From IMG/VR virus record IMGVR_UViG_3300017912_002752: DNA of 64,000 nt. One strand, 5' to 3'. Every line of letters begins with the position of its first letter. Position 1 is the first letter of the stretch. A model generated the notes under the pieces. The model did no database searches. It worked only from the letters and a program-made list of their open reading frames with translations, and was not told where the DNA came from. Shown here in pieces: positions 48,763 to 57,771 of this stretch. The position numbers and the translations under genes are program-made. This DNA comes from a virus. Its lineage: Duplodnaviria; Caudoviricetes.

Positions 48763-48998
48763 TTTCTTTTTCTTTTAGAGTTATAATATCTTCTTCTCTT
48801 AGCGGCTTGTTCTCTGAAGAAATCATTTCTTCTTTGTCTGATTGCAACTGCCATAGCTAAAATAGATGGTACCCAGATACCAACAAAAATTCCTTCTAAC
48901 TTCTGACCACTAAACCATAGTGATACTGAATAAAGGAATGATACGAATGCTAAAACTATTGGGTAATATAAATCCCAAAACTCTTTTACTTTTCTCAT
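48759..48998 (-). CDS. Small membrane protein
   Basis: Two TM helices, GIFVGIWVPSIL motif. Confidence 0.55.
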   Translation of the reverse strand: MRKVKEFWDLYYPIVLAFVSFLYSVSLWFSGQKLEGIFVGIWVPSILAMAVAIRQRRNDFFREQAAKRRRYYNSKRKRK

Positions 48999-49348
48999 TG
49001 TCCTAATGTTTTAATAAAGTGGAGCGTCCATGCGATTAATCCATTTAGTTGTAATGCAACTAAGTTCCATTGTCTTCTACTAAATACTTGAACTAACACA
49101 CAGATAAATCCAATAATAAATAATACGGGCTCAACAGTCCATTGTCCTGCCATCAAGAATCCTGCTCCCATGTATCCAATTCTTGAAGCCAGCCTTTCAC
49201 CTGCAGTTAACTTTCTATCTCTAACCAAGGTTCTTAAAAATCTTCGCCACGGATTGTACTCACACTTCCCACAAGTTTTCTTGTTTGGTGTTTTGTACCA
49301 CCATAGTGGTCTATCTTTTTGGCAAACATTACATTTTTTAGATTTCAT
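48995..49348 (-). CDS. Zn-finger plus small multi-pass membrane domain
   Basis: CNVC..CGKC followed by three short TM segments. Confidence 0.5.
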   Translation of the reverse strand: MKSKKCNVCQKDRPLWWYKTPNKKTCGKCEYNPWRRFLRTLVRDRKLTAGERLASRIGYMGAGFLMAGQWTVEPVLFIIGFICVLVQVFSRRQWNLVALQLNGLIAWTLHFIKTLGQ

Positions 49349-49925
49349 ATCCTAAGTCTCTTCTAATATCTTTTTTAACACTTTGTAGATACTTCCATCT
49401 TTTCTTTTCAGTCACGAAAGGAACTGACCAAAATTGTTTGCACTTACGCCATCTTGAAAGTTTCCAACCGAATACAAATGAGAATACACCTAGCACCAAC
49501 CTCAACTTGACTGAGTTGAGGTACAGAGTTCTAACAGGTAGACTTGGTGCACCATGTGTGATGTAGGTTCTAACTTTCTTGTCTTTCAAGAATGGTTTTG
49601 GATATGCATATAGTTTAGTAAAGTTTACAAACTTGTATGCGAATCCTGGCGTTAATACTTCGTCAAAAAATATTTCCATTCTTGGTGTCAATCTAAACCA
49701 CCATACAGGTGATATAAAATAAATTCTATCAGACCAAGTTACTAAGTCTTGATAACTTTTCATCAAGTCTGTTCGTGGTCTCTGAAAACTATCACGATAC
49801 AAATCAATAACTTTGACTTGTTCTTTCTTCTTATGTTTTCTTAACTCTCTTAACATGGTCTTATAAATCCCATTGTAACAGAAAGACTTTTTATCAGGGT
49901 GCCCTATGACTATTAGATTCTTCAT
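49338..49925 (-). CDS. NAD(P)H quinone oxidoreductase, flavodoxin-like fold
   Basis: LIVIGHPDKKSF, IDLY, PVWW, DEVLTPGFAY, THGAP. Confidence 0.85.
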   Translation of the reverse strand: MKNLIVIGHPDKKSFCYNGIYKTMLRELRKHKKKEQVKVIDLYRDSFQRPRTDLMKSYQDLVTWSDRIYFISPVWWFRLTPRMEIFFDEVLTPGFAYKFVNFTKLYAYPKPFLKDKKVRTYITHGAPSLPVRTLYLNSVKLRLVLGVFSFVFGWKLSRWRKCKQFWSVPFVTEKKRWKYLQSVKKDIRRDLGYEI

Positions 49926-50803
49926 TAGTTGTTTAATGGTGCTTTAATAGTTGGGTGATAATTGTAGTTGGTTAGTTCATAATCAAACTCACCATTTAAT
50001 ATATCAACATTCGATACTTTTAAATCAGGTAGTTCATATCCTACTCTTGTGATTTGTTCAGTCGCTTGTTGTATATGATTATTGTATATGTGAATGTCAC
50101 CGAAAGATGCCATCAAATCACCTGGCTCATAGCCCGTTTCATGACACAATAGTAATAGTAACATTCCATATGATGCGATGTTGAAAGGTAACCCAAGGAA
50201 AGCGTCAACGCTTCTCTGGTTCCATTTAAGAGATAACTTGTTGTTGGATACATAACATTGGAAACCATAGTGACATGGTGGAAGAGTCATCAGTCGTAGT
50301 TCACCGACATTCCAAGCGTTGACAATGTGGCGCCTTCCATGTGGGTTATCTTTCAGTCCATCAATTAAGTTTTTTATTTGGTCAACTCCGTTCCAATCTC
50401 TCCACTGCTTTCCGTAGATTGGTCCGAGGTCACCATAGACCTTTGCAAAAGATTCATCGGTCTGAATTCTTTTTATAAAATCTTTTTGGGAAAGTCCTTC
50501 GTCTAAATCATAAGAGTATACATCTGAATACTTCTTGTATGCATCCCCATCCCAAATGTGACAATTGTTATCTAAAAGGTATTTGATATTTGTATCACCT
50601 TTTAAGAACCACTTTAATTCAGTCATCATTGTTTTAACTGCCATCTTCTTAGTAGTCAATAAAGGAAACCCATCACACATACAGTATGCAAAACTACCAC
50701 CAAAGATTGACTTTGTACCAACGCCAGTTCTATCGGGTTTGTCTACACCATATCTGAGTACATTCTCTAATAGGGTTTGATATTGATTATCTACTCGGTT
50801 CAT
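49925..50803 (-). CDS. thyA: Thymidylate synthase
   Basis: DRTGVGT, FPLLTTKK, ELKWFL.G, GPIYGKQWR, LPPCH, QRSVD.FLGLPFNIASY, HIY.NH. Confidence 0.97.
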   Translation of the reverse strand: MNRVDNQYQTLLENVLRYGVDKPDRTGVGTKSIFGGSFAYCMCDGFPLLTTKKMAVKTMMTELKWFLKGDTNIKYLLDNNCHIWDGDAYKKYSDVYSYDLDEGLSQKDFIKRIQTDESFAKVYGDLGPIYGKQWRDWNGVDQIKNLIDGLKDNPHGRRHIVNAWNVGELRLMTLPPCHYGFQCYVSNNKLSLKWNQRSVDAFLGLPFNIASYGMLLLLLCHETGYEPGDLMASFGDIHIYNNHIQQATEQITRVGYELPDLKVSNVDILNGEFDYELTNYNYHPTIKAPLNN

Positions 50804-51141
50804 TAATATCTTTTCAATTGTTCGTTAATTTGTTCAACTAAATGATTATCCTCTTCACACCCAAACTCATCAATCAAAGTATCTTTGATGGTGGACAATA
50901 AAGCTGACATCTTTGCTTTACTTTTTCTTTTTGCATATCTACTATTCTGAGATTCTATCATATAGAGTTCATATGCAAGTTCATCAGTTTCTTTTAATTT
51001 GTTCTCGTACTTTGAAATACGAGTATCTACAATACGATTATTTGTTGAGGTGTAGTTTGGAACATATCCTTTATACAACTCATCTATTCTTCCTTTGAGA
51101 TATTGAATCTCTAATAACTTATTTAAAGTTGTCCTATCCAT
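50803..51141 (-). CDS. Hypothetical protein
   Basis: ORF track, coupled. Confidence 0.55.
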   Translation of the reverse strand: MDRTTLNKLLEIQYLKGRIDELYKGYVPNYTSTNNRIVDTRISKYENKLKETDELAYELYMIESQNSRYAKRKSKAKMSALLSTIKDTLIDEFGCEEDNHLVEQINEQLKRY

Positions 51142-51447
51142 GCTGCAAATATTGTTATTACTAATCCAATCAATGAAAGGAAAGTTAACTTATAGTTTCC
51201 TTCCATTTGCTTTCTACTTCTACCTTGTCTATATTTTATATCTTTCATATTCACTTTACACCACCACTTTGAATAGTATCCACCATGTTCTTGATTTGGT
51301 CATGCCATTTTCCGTATGTGTCTCGTGATTGTTCACAAGTGTTTTGTTCACATCGTCTTTTCATGTCTACCATGGCGGCTTCTAAAATTAATATTAATAC
51401 TTGTTTCATATCACAATATACAAAATTATTCTGACAATTCCAAGCAA

Positions 51448-51984
51448 TTACTCAAAAAATTTCATTACAATTTTGTTGTTTATTTCTGCTTTTTCTTCTA
51501 ATCGTTTGGTTCTTATTTTAGAATAATGTTCTTTAAATGATTTTGCGTTCTCTTGTGGTGTACACCATTCTAAATTTTCTAATGTGTTATTTGTTTTATC
51601 ATGGTCCTTATGATTAACATGAAGAGAATCTGTTAGTATCTTTCTTATTTCTTTAGGCAGCTCTTTACATTGTTTTTTTGTCATTCCATGTACTGATTCT
51701 AAGTAATTGTCAAGTGATAAAAATGCGTTTGCTACCAATCTGTGAACTCTTTTTTGTTTACCATTTATACTTGCAACCACATAACCCCTATCCATTCTAA
51801 CCATTTTGTTATCAACTAATTTAGTATTCTTATGAATCTTAGCAGTCAGTTCATTAAAATTTAATTCTTTAGACCAAACAGATTCTTCTCTTTGTAAGAA
51901 TCTTCCTGTTTTTTTATTTTTAACTCTACCCTTAGTTGACACCCAATAGTTTCCTTCAATCTGTTTCCAAACCTCGTTTGTCAT
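51448..51984 (-). CDS. HNH homing endonuclease (NUMOD4 + HNH)
   Basis: EVWKQI...Y.VST.GRV, VHRLVANAF, VNHKDHDKTNN.LENLEWCT.QEN. Confidence 0.9.
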   Translation of the reverse strand: MTNEVWKQIEGNYWVSTKGRVKNKKTGRFLQREESVWSKELNFNELTAKIHKNTKLVDNKMVRMDRGYVVASINGKQKRVHRLVANAFLSLDNYLESVHGMTKKQCKELPKEIRKILTDSLHVNHKDHDKTNNTLENLEWCTPQENAKSFKEHYSKIRTKRLEEKAEINNKIVMKFFE

Positions 51985-51989
51985 AATTT

Positions 51990-52310
51990 TTATTTTTGAT
52001 TTTTACTTTTAAATCTTGTTGATTCTGATGTCTTACCATGTTTGGTTTTTCTACCTTTAACTCTTTTACGCCATCTTTCAAATGAACTTCTCTTCAGATT
52101 CTCTCTCATAATCTTACGAACCTCATTCTCTTTGATTCCAAACTGATACTCAATAGCTTCAAAGGGAGTTCTATCTTCCCATGCCATTTCTATAATTCTA
52201 TCTATATCTAATGTGTAACTCATAACCGATGATAGTCCCGAATAGGAACAATAAAAATTAGACTCCATATTTCTTTTTGTATTTTTCCAAGAAGGATTCA
52301 CCAACTCCAA
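51990..52310 (-). CDS. TIGR03643 / DUF2805 family protein (start may be downstream)
   Basis: IIEMAWEDRTPFEAI..QFG..E..V...MR..LK.SSF..WRKRV.GRKTKH. Confidence 0.85.
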   Translation of the reverse strand: MELVNPSWKNTKRNMESNFYCSYSGLSSVMSYTLDIDRIIEMAWEDRTPFEAIEYQFGIKENEVRKIMRENLKRSSFERWRKRVKGRKTKHGKTSESTRFKSKNQK

Positions 52311-52440
52311 TCTGAAGTATATTACTTCCTTGTGGAATCCTCTGACTTCTTGGTGCGATTAATTTATCTACATGAAGGTCAAACGACTCCACTCTGACCT
52401 TCCTACCTCGTGGTGGTATGTATGCTACTATTGTTCTCAT
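52258..52440 (-). CDS. Hypothetical protein
   Basis: ORF track. Confidence 0.45.
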   Translation of the reverse strand: MRTIVAYIPPRGRKVRVESFDLHVDKLIAPRSQRIPQGSNILQIGVGESFLEKYKKKYGV

Positions 52441-52817
52441 TTCCTTGATAGATGTTTGATAAAGATATGACCTGCCTTATAGTTGGTTGCTAATGGTACA
52501 TTGTGTACATCACATAACCTCATCAACATAGACACATCAACTTCGTGTGCGTGTTTTCCAAGTGGGTCTCTAAAGAATACAACTGCTGATAGTTTACCTT
52601 CAGAAACCATACTTGCAATCTGTGCGTCACCACCAAGTGGACCTGACAATACTTTTTGTATTCCTTTTACTCCAGCGTCTGTCATGAACTGACCTGTCGT
52701 TCCTGTTGTTACGATATCTACATCGTCTCTATTGAAAAAGTCTAATCGTTTCATAACGAATGAAACCATTTCAGCCTTTTTACCATCGTGTGCTATTAGT
52801 GCTATTTTCATAAACAA
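52437..52817 (-). CDS. mgsA: Methylglyoxal synthase
   Basis: IALIAHDGKK, TGTTG, SGPLGGDAQI, FFRDPL..HAHE.DV..L.RLCDVHNVPLATN. Confidence 0.95.
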   Translation of the reverse strand: MFMKIALIAHDGKKAEMVSFVMKRLDFFNRDDVDIVTTGTTGQFMTDAGVKGIQKVLSGPLGGDAQIASMVSEGKLSAVVFFRDPLGKHAHEVDVSMLMRLCDVHNVPLATNYKAGHIFIKHLSRK

Positions 52818-53242
52818 AACTTTTCTACTGATTCACTTCGTACTTCATTACGAATATCAGATTTTAAATTATCTATAAACTTTTTAAACTTGTCAGCTGA
52901 CATTGTTCGTCTACCCAAGTTTGCAAACCTTGTACATATAACAAAATTGCCAGGTATATATCCCTTATCATTATCTATTCTATCTACTGACATGGCGGCG
53001 TTGTTCTTTGGTTCAAATATATCATTGGGGTTTAAATGATAACCTAACCAATAACTTATACCATTTTGTTTTTTATATTGTTCTCTTAAATCATCTGAAG
53101 TAATACTAACTTCAGTCTCACCATATGGAATTTTTGCCGTACCAAAAGTCTCACCTTCCTTAACACTTATAGTTCTTCTACGGGGCCTAAGTGAGGCGTT
53201 ACCTTTAACATTTTTTAGTAATGTATCAAATGGGTCTTTCAT
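52808..53242 (-). CDS. HNH-like endonuclease
   Basis: SVDRIDNDKGYIPGN......AN. Confidence 0.7.
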   Translation of the reverse strand: MKDPFDTLLKNVKGNASLRPRRRTISVKEGETFGTAKIPYGETEVSITSDDLREQYKKQNGISYWLGYHLNPNDIFEPKNNAAMSVDRIDNDKGYIPGNFVICTRFANLGRRTMSADKFKKFIDNLKSDIRNEVRSESVEKFCL

Positions 53243-53511
53243 AAATGTCTATTATCTAAATGAATTATCTTACCTAAGTGAAGTTCCCACTTGTCTGTAA
53301 GTTTCTTGTCGATACATTCGACCACCATGTGTGTGGGGTTCTTGTGATACGCATACTGAAAGTATATGTATTTGATATCCTTATCTTTCAGTCGTTTAGT
53401 CCAATAGGGTGTGTTGTCTCTATACTCTATTGGTTTAGTCCCATTCATGATTCTTTCAAATGGGTCTCTCATCAGAACTAAATGTAAAACTTCTTTATCT
53501 TTCCAAATCAC
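53239..53511 (-). CDS. ASCH/PUA-domain protein
   Basis: LHLVL...F..I..GTK..EYR...YW.KRL. Confidence 0.75.
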   Translation of the reverse strand: MIWKDKEVLHLVLMRDPFERIMNGTKPIEYRDNTPYWTKRLKDKDIKYIYFQYAYHKNPTHMVVECIDKKLTDKWELHLGKIIHLDNRHL

Positions 53512-53633
53512 TTTTTCTTATTTTTTTTCTTAGGTATGACATTACCCTTCTCGTCTACTTCGGGGGCAATCCACATTTCATACACAATCCATAACCAAAT
53601 AATACCTAATGTTATAAATACTGCTGCCATAAT

Positions 53634-54077
53634 TTATTCTATTGTGGGGTCACCATATGGTATATCATCGTAATCGTAACCACCATTCCACTTATCTAAT
53701 TTTCTGTATCTTCTTTTCTTTGGTTGAAACAAAGGTATAGTTACAGACATTGTTATCCCACCCATCGTTGTGGCTAGGATATCTCGATGGTCTACATATC
53801 CACCTCGGATACCACCATCGTATAATTCTTTCATTACTCCTGCAGCAAACGCCGTACACAAGCCAGTTATCATAGCTCTCTTTTTATTTTGATGTTTGTT
53901 GTAGGACCAAGTATAACCCAATGTTGATGTAATCATTCCAGCACCAAAGTGTAATTGTTTGTCAGGTTCTTGTAGGATGAATTGTTGACCATGATTCTCG
54001 CTAGTCATTAAAAATGTAATACCTAAGATTAGTATTAATCTCACTATCCAATTCCTTATGTGTTTGAGGGTTACCAT
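53634..54077 (-). CDS. YfiM/DUF2279-like membrane protein
   Basis: DKQLHF.AG, G..KE.YD, D..AT..G. Confidence 0.65.
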   Translation of the reverse strand: MVTLKHIRNWIVRLILILGITFLMTSENHGQQFILQEPDKQLHFGAGMITSTLGYTWSYNKHQNKKRAMITGLCTAFAAGVMKELYDGGIRGGYVDHRDILATTMGGITMSVTIPLFQPKKRRYRKLDKWNGGYDYDDIPYGDPTIE

Positions 54078-54114
54078 AACTTGTTTATTATATATATTAT
54101 TTCATTCTTAAAAA

Positions 54115-54174
54115 AACTCCCACCGCTGCTCGAGTATCTTTCATCACCTATAAAGACTTACGCGGTTCGGAGTT
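54115..54174 (-). ncRNA. Structured hairpin RNA, SRP S-domain-like, or long terminator
   Basis: AACTCC-GAACCGCGTAAGTC..G-AGCAGCGGT-GGGAGTT followed by a T run. Confidence 0.4.
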
Positions 54175-54203
54175 AAAACTAAAAAAATGAATACAGAATT
54201 TCT

Positions 54204-54386
54204 TTATGCCGCCGTGTCCATGTATCGTTTAAATCCGATTACTTTAGTTGGACCAGCGACTGCCAATCTTCGTTTCTTAATAGCTACTGTTGTTAGGTCT
54301 AATAACTCGACATCCGTTTCGGTATCTAACCACTCAGTAAATAACTTAGTCAATAATTTCTTTTTTAACTTGTTCATAATTTTCAA
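54204..54386 (-). CDS. Hypothetical protein
   Basis: ORF track. Confidence 0.5.
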   Translation of the reverse strand: MKIMNKLKKKLLTKLFTEWLDTETDVELLDLTTVAIKKRRLAVAGPTKVIGFKRYMDTAA

Positions 54387-54388
54387 TT

Positions 54389-54775
54389 TTAAATGAATAA
54401 TTTATAATCTTTTTCGAAACTAATCGCTTCTTTCTCATATGGGTGAGATACATAATCATGACCCATAGTGTAATATCTTTTGAACCAAATCGGTGATTGT
54501 AAGTAGTGGATGTATTCGTGAATCAAAGTCTGAACAACCATCTTCTTACTTTTCATGTTAGGATAGTAGATAGTAATCTCGTTCATGTCACTACAATACT
54601 CAGCGTGACATCCATCTTCATCACCTTGAGCACCTTCCTCACCAGAATACTTTTCGTAAATGTTCTTGTGTAACTCAATATAAGGAGTACACTCTTGAAA
54701 CTTTGAGAATCCGTAGTGTTCTTCTATCTTCGGAAGAACCTCGTTAACTATCTCTTGAACTTTTGATTTTGTCAT
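54389..54775 (-). CDS. HEXXH zinc metallopeptidase-like protein
   Basis: TLIHEYIHYLQ, HPYEKEA. Confidence 0.75.
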   Translation of the reverse strand: MTKSKVQEIVNEVLPKIEEHYGFSKFQECTPYIELHKNIYEKYSGEEGAQGDEDGCHAEYCSDMNEITIYYPNMKSKKMVVQTLIHEYIHYLQSPIWFKRYYTMGHDYVSHPYEKEAISFEKDYKLFI

Positions 54776-54795
54776 ATCTCTTAATCTTACACTAC

Positions 54796-54851
54796 TAAAG
54801 TACGCAAAATATTTGAAACGGCCAAATTTCTAATGTTAAGAAATTGTTAAA
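54796..54851 (-). promoter_or_regulatory. Conserved phage promoter, copy 5
   Basis: TTTAACAATTTCTTAACATTAGAAATTTGG..CGTACTTTA. Confidence 0.75.
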
Positions 54852-54854
54852 TTT

Positions 54855-55193
54855 TTATACAAAACTTGTAAATAAAGTTGAGGTGTGACCTTCTTCCCAT
54901 CCTTTGTCTTTATAGAACTGATGTGTAGTAGGTAAACAATATGTGATTACTTTATATCCTTTAAGATTAGCTTCACACCAATCCCATCTGGCATTCCACA
55001 ACATTCTGTAAATACCATGACCTCGATATTCTTCTTCAACATATGCGTTAGCGAATTTTATGGTTCTGTCTGAAAGGAATAGTAAAGAGTTCCAACCGAT
55101 AGCTTTGTTATCACATAACGCAATCCACCCACACTCGTCTTTGGGAGTAGGTACAGAGTCGGGCAGTTTGTAGGGTACTATCGTTATATTCAT
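54855..55193 (-). CDS. GNAT acetyltransferase
   Basis: YVEEEYRGHGIY..L, FYKDKGW. Confidence 0.8.
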   Translation of the reverse strand: MNITIVPYKLPDSVPTPKDECGWIALCDNKAIGWNSLLFLSDRTIKFANAYVEEEYRGHGIYRMLWNARWDWCEANLKGYKVITYCLPTTHQFYKDKGWEEGHTSTLFTSFV

Positions 55194-55230
55194 TCTTTGT
55201 TCTTACCATAAAGAAATAAATATATCTGTT

Positions 55231-56106
55231 TTAGTTATTACCTCTACCTCTTGATGAACCGCCTGAATTACCACTACTTCTTACTGATGATGACCCACCT
55301 CTGTTGATATTAACATTAGACCCTCTGCCTGAATTATTGATTACAGGTGGTCGTGAGTTAAAATTATTATTGGGTACTCTTGGTTTAACATTCCAATTGT
55401 TGTTATTGTTATTTGGTCTGTTTGGGACAACAACATTATTATTGCTATCTATATTATTAATACGAATGTTATTGTCTTTACCCCATCTGATAACATCGTT
55501 AATAACATTGTTAGGTTTGTTAGGATATACTCTGTTGTTTCTTCTTCTATTAGTATCTTGTTCTATATTAGAGTTACCAACAAAGTTTCTACTTCCTCGT
55601 CTACCAACTACAAAAGAGTAATTGTTGTTACTTGCTATCAGAGGTTCGTTGTACCAATTGTAAGAATAGTGATTCCAACCATACCAACCTTGTGGATATG
55701 GATAATACCAATTGTAGTATCTATGATTCCTAACCCACCATGGATGACTCCATCCGTACCAAGGATAGTTCCATGCCCAATCTGTCCAGAACTGATGACT
55801 ATGAAAATAAACATCGAATCTGTTGTAAGGACGCCAGATACCATCGAGTCTTGGATTGTTGTAATACCAAGAAAGAGGTTGGTTCATCGCATATTGTGCA
55901 AAGTCCCATCTGAAGGTAAAGTCTGTTCTTAGTTTTCTCTTGAGTTGAAATAAAGAATTGATAGTGTCTATCTTAGTAGATGAATCAACTTCTACCACAA
56001 CGCCTTGATATATAGGGTCATGGTTAGAAGTAGAGACATACCACATAGGTCCACAACTGACCAATAATAAAAATGATAGTAAAATTAATAATTGTCTCAT
56101 ACTCAT
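55231..56106 (-). CDS. Lipoprotein with W/Y-rich and N/R/S/G low-complexity regions (Bacteroidota-style)
   Basis: Lipobox LLVSC; aromatic-rich middle; C-terminal SSGRGRG-type tail. Confidence 0.7.
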   Translation of the reverse strand: MSMRQLLILLSFLLLVSCGPMWYVSTSNHDPIYQGVVVEVDSSTKIDTINSLFQLKRKLRTDFTFRWDFAQYAMNQPLSWYYNNPRLDGIWRPYNRFDVYFHSHQFWTDWAWNYPWYGWSHPWWVRNHRYYNWYYPYPQGWYGWNHYSYNWYNEPLIASNNNYSFVVGRRGSRNFVGNSNIEQDTNRRRNNRVYPNKPNNVINDVIRWGKDNNIRINNIDSNNNVVVPNRPNNNNNNWNVKPRVPNNNFNSRPPVINNSGRGSNVNINRGGSSSVRSSGNSGGSSRGRGNN

Positions 56107-56357
56107 AAATATGAGAATAATTTAATTACATAGTAAAGGTAAGGTTCTGCTTATCTAATTTATACGATTTAGCAGGTATACCAAAACGCCAATAACAATA
56201 CTTTGTACCCTCATCGATTTCAGACTTAGTTATATTACCTACCTTCTTAAACATTACCACCTTTTTTAACTTCGGTTTCCAAGTTACATTAATTCCCTTT
56301 AACATATAATTTACAATTTTAATTGACCCCTCATTATGGGGAGAGGATTACCCTTAG

Positions 56358-56443
56358 TACCGATGGGCGGGCTCGAACCGCCACGGACATTACTGCCCAA
56401 GGGATTTTAAGTCCCTCATGTCTACCAATTCCATCACATCGGC
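56358..56443 (-). tRNA. tRNA-Leu(UAA)
   Basis: GCCGATG..AGGGA-CTTAAAA-TCCCT, long variable arm, GGTTCGAGCCC..CATCGGT-A. Confidence 0.95.
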
Positions 56444-56530
56444 TTACAAAAATTTCGTGGACATCAAAGATACAAATACTATATATACTACTACATAGGT
56501 ATATGCTAAAAGAAATCCAGCTAAATTTAG

Positions 56531-56604
56531 TGTTCCCAATAGGATTTGAACCTATGACCTACTGATTATGAGTCAGTTGCTCTAACCATCTGAGCTATGA
56601 GAAC
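56531..56604 (-). tRNA. tRNA with CAU anticodon (Ile2-type or elongator Met)
   Basis: GTTCTCA..ACTGA-CTCATAA-TCAGT..GGTTCAAATCC..TGGGAAC-A. Confidence 0.9.
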
Positions 56605-56614
56605 CAAATAAGGT

Positions 56615-56762
56615 AGGAATAGGTAGGAATCGAACCTACTATGGCACATCTCGTGTTTCGAACCACTTGATAACTCCACCACAGAGTATTGATGAGAGAC
56701 CCATGTCTCTTATAGGGAAGTTACTCCCAACGGTTTCATCGAACCTTCACCATTACTATTCC
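56615..56762 (-). ncRNA. 148-nt tRNA-like RNA: acceptor stem and T-arm enclosing a multi-hairpin core
   Basis: GGAATAG/CTATTCC acceptor; GTAGG-TTCGATT-CCTAC T-arm; five internal hairpins; lies between tRNA-Arg and tRNA-CAU. Confidence 0.8.
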
Positions 56763-56783
56763 ATATTTTCAAAGAACTCTTAG

Positions 56784-56857
<74 letters not shown>

Positions 56858-56877
56858 ATATCATCAACTTTACAAGG

Positions 56878-56934
56878 TAAAGATACGCAAACACTTTTTA
56901 ATTTCCAAACTTTTAATGTTAAATAATTGTTAAA
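56878..56934 (-). promoter_or_regulatory. Conserved 57-bp phage promoter, copy 6 (tRNA operon)
   Basis: TTTAACAATTATTTAACATTAAAAGTTTGG..CGTATCTTTA. Confidence 0.8.
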
Positions 56935-56935
56935 T

Positions 56936-57297
56936 CAGAGGAAGTAAGGCAAAATAAAGTTGGCTAACTCAGTAGAATACTGGCTCAGAGGGGACTTTCC
57001 CTATGGTAAAAAACCGACCCCGGTATGAAAACGACTCACAGGCCGTTGTAACTTGCTGATACTCAACGGTTTACACGAAAATACCCGCCCCCCTCGCTCG
57101 GCGACATGCGTCGCCTCGCTGGGTTGGTCCACTTCTCGGACCTCATCTGGCTTATTTAGCTAAAATTATTTCAGCTTACCTACTGGCTGGCAGGCTTGGT
57201 GTGGGTGTCCCTACCTCTGTATCCCTATATACGGGCTATTTTAGCTATTTTATTTTTATGTCACCGCAAGAAATTTAGCGTAGGGGCAGTCTTTCCC
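56936..57297 (-). ncRNA. Candidate ~360-nt GC-rich structured RNA or cis element
   Basis: No ORF >=60 aa; directly after promoter copy 7; multiple hairpins and long-range complementarity. Confidence 0.4.
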
Positions 57298-57301
57298 AAT
57301 A

Positions 57302-57358
57302 TAAAGATAAAAAAATTAACTGACATAGCCAAATTTTTAATGTTAAGTTTATGTTAAA
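57302..57358 (-). promoter_or_regulatory. Conserved 57-bp phage promoter, copy 7
   Basis: TTTAACATAAACTTAACATTAAAAATTTGG..TATCTTTA. Confidence 0.8.
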
Positions 57359-57400
57359 TCTTTACATGACACAATGTCAGTTGCGTTGAGGGCTGAAAAG

Positions 57401-57441
57401 TTATCCACAATTTGCGAAAGTTATTAACAAAGTTATCAACA
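57401..57441 (+). promoter_or_regulatory. Cluster of three co-oriented DnaA-box(-like) 9-mers
   Basis: TTATCCACA (57401, perfect), TTATTAACA (57421), TTATCAACA (57433), each preceded by AAAG. Confidence 0.6.
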
Positions 57442-57771
57442 TGACACGATGTCACATATATCGCTCATTTTCATAAACCCTTGAGCGTCAGAGGATTATG
57501 CGCTATTACCTAAAGTACCACTTTAACATGACAAAATGTCCTAAAAATTTCTCAGCCAGGAAAAAAATTGTTTTGCCGCAGAAAACGGACTTGTGCCTGT
57601 CTTAATTTCTGTATAATTCGTATATGTGGGGTAATTTGGGTCTGAGTTTATGAAATATGTGGTAAAATTATATTAGCCCTACGGATTTGATGGATATGTC
57701 GAGGTGTGACAACTTGTCCAATTAAAAAAAACACGGATAAATTAAGGAATAAAAGGGCACGAGTTTACCAT

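Noticed and set aside
56615-56762. Intron-containing tRNA or tmRNA
   Set aside because: The core is too short for a group I intron, there is no canonical anticodon arm, no G3:U70 and no evident tag ORF.
56936-57297. RNase P RNA or tmRNA
   Set aside because: GGAAAGTCC occurs but near the 3' end and without the other conserved regions in order; there are no tmRNA-type acceptor/T-arm ends.
57340-57360. XerD arm TTATGTTAAAT / dif site (also at 36186, and a dif-like CATAA-N6-TTAT at 57863)
   Set aside because: The perfect arms lack a XerC half-site and are explained by the TTAACA promoter repeats; the 57863 match is weak.
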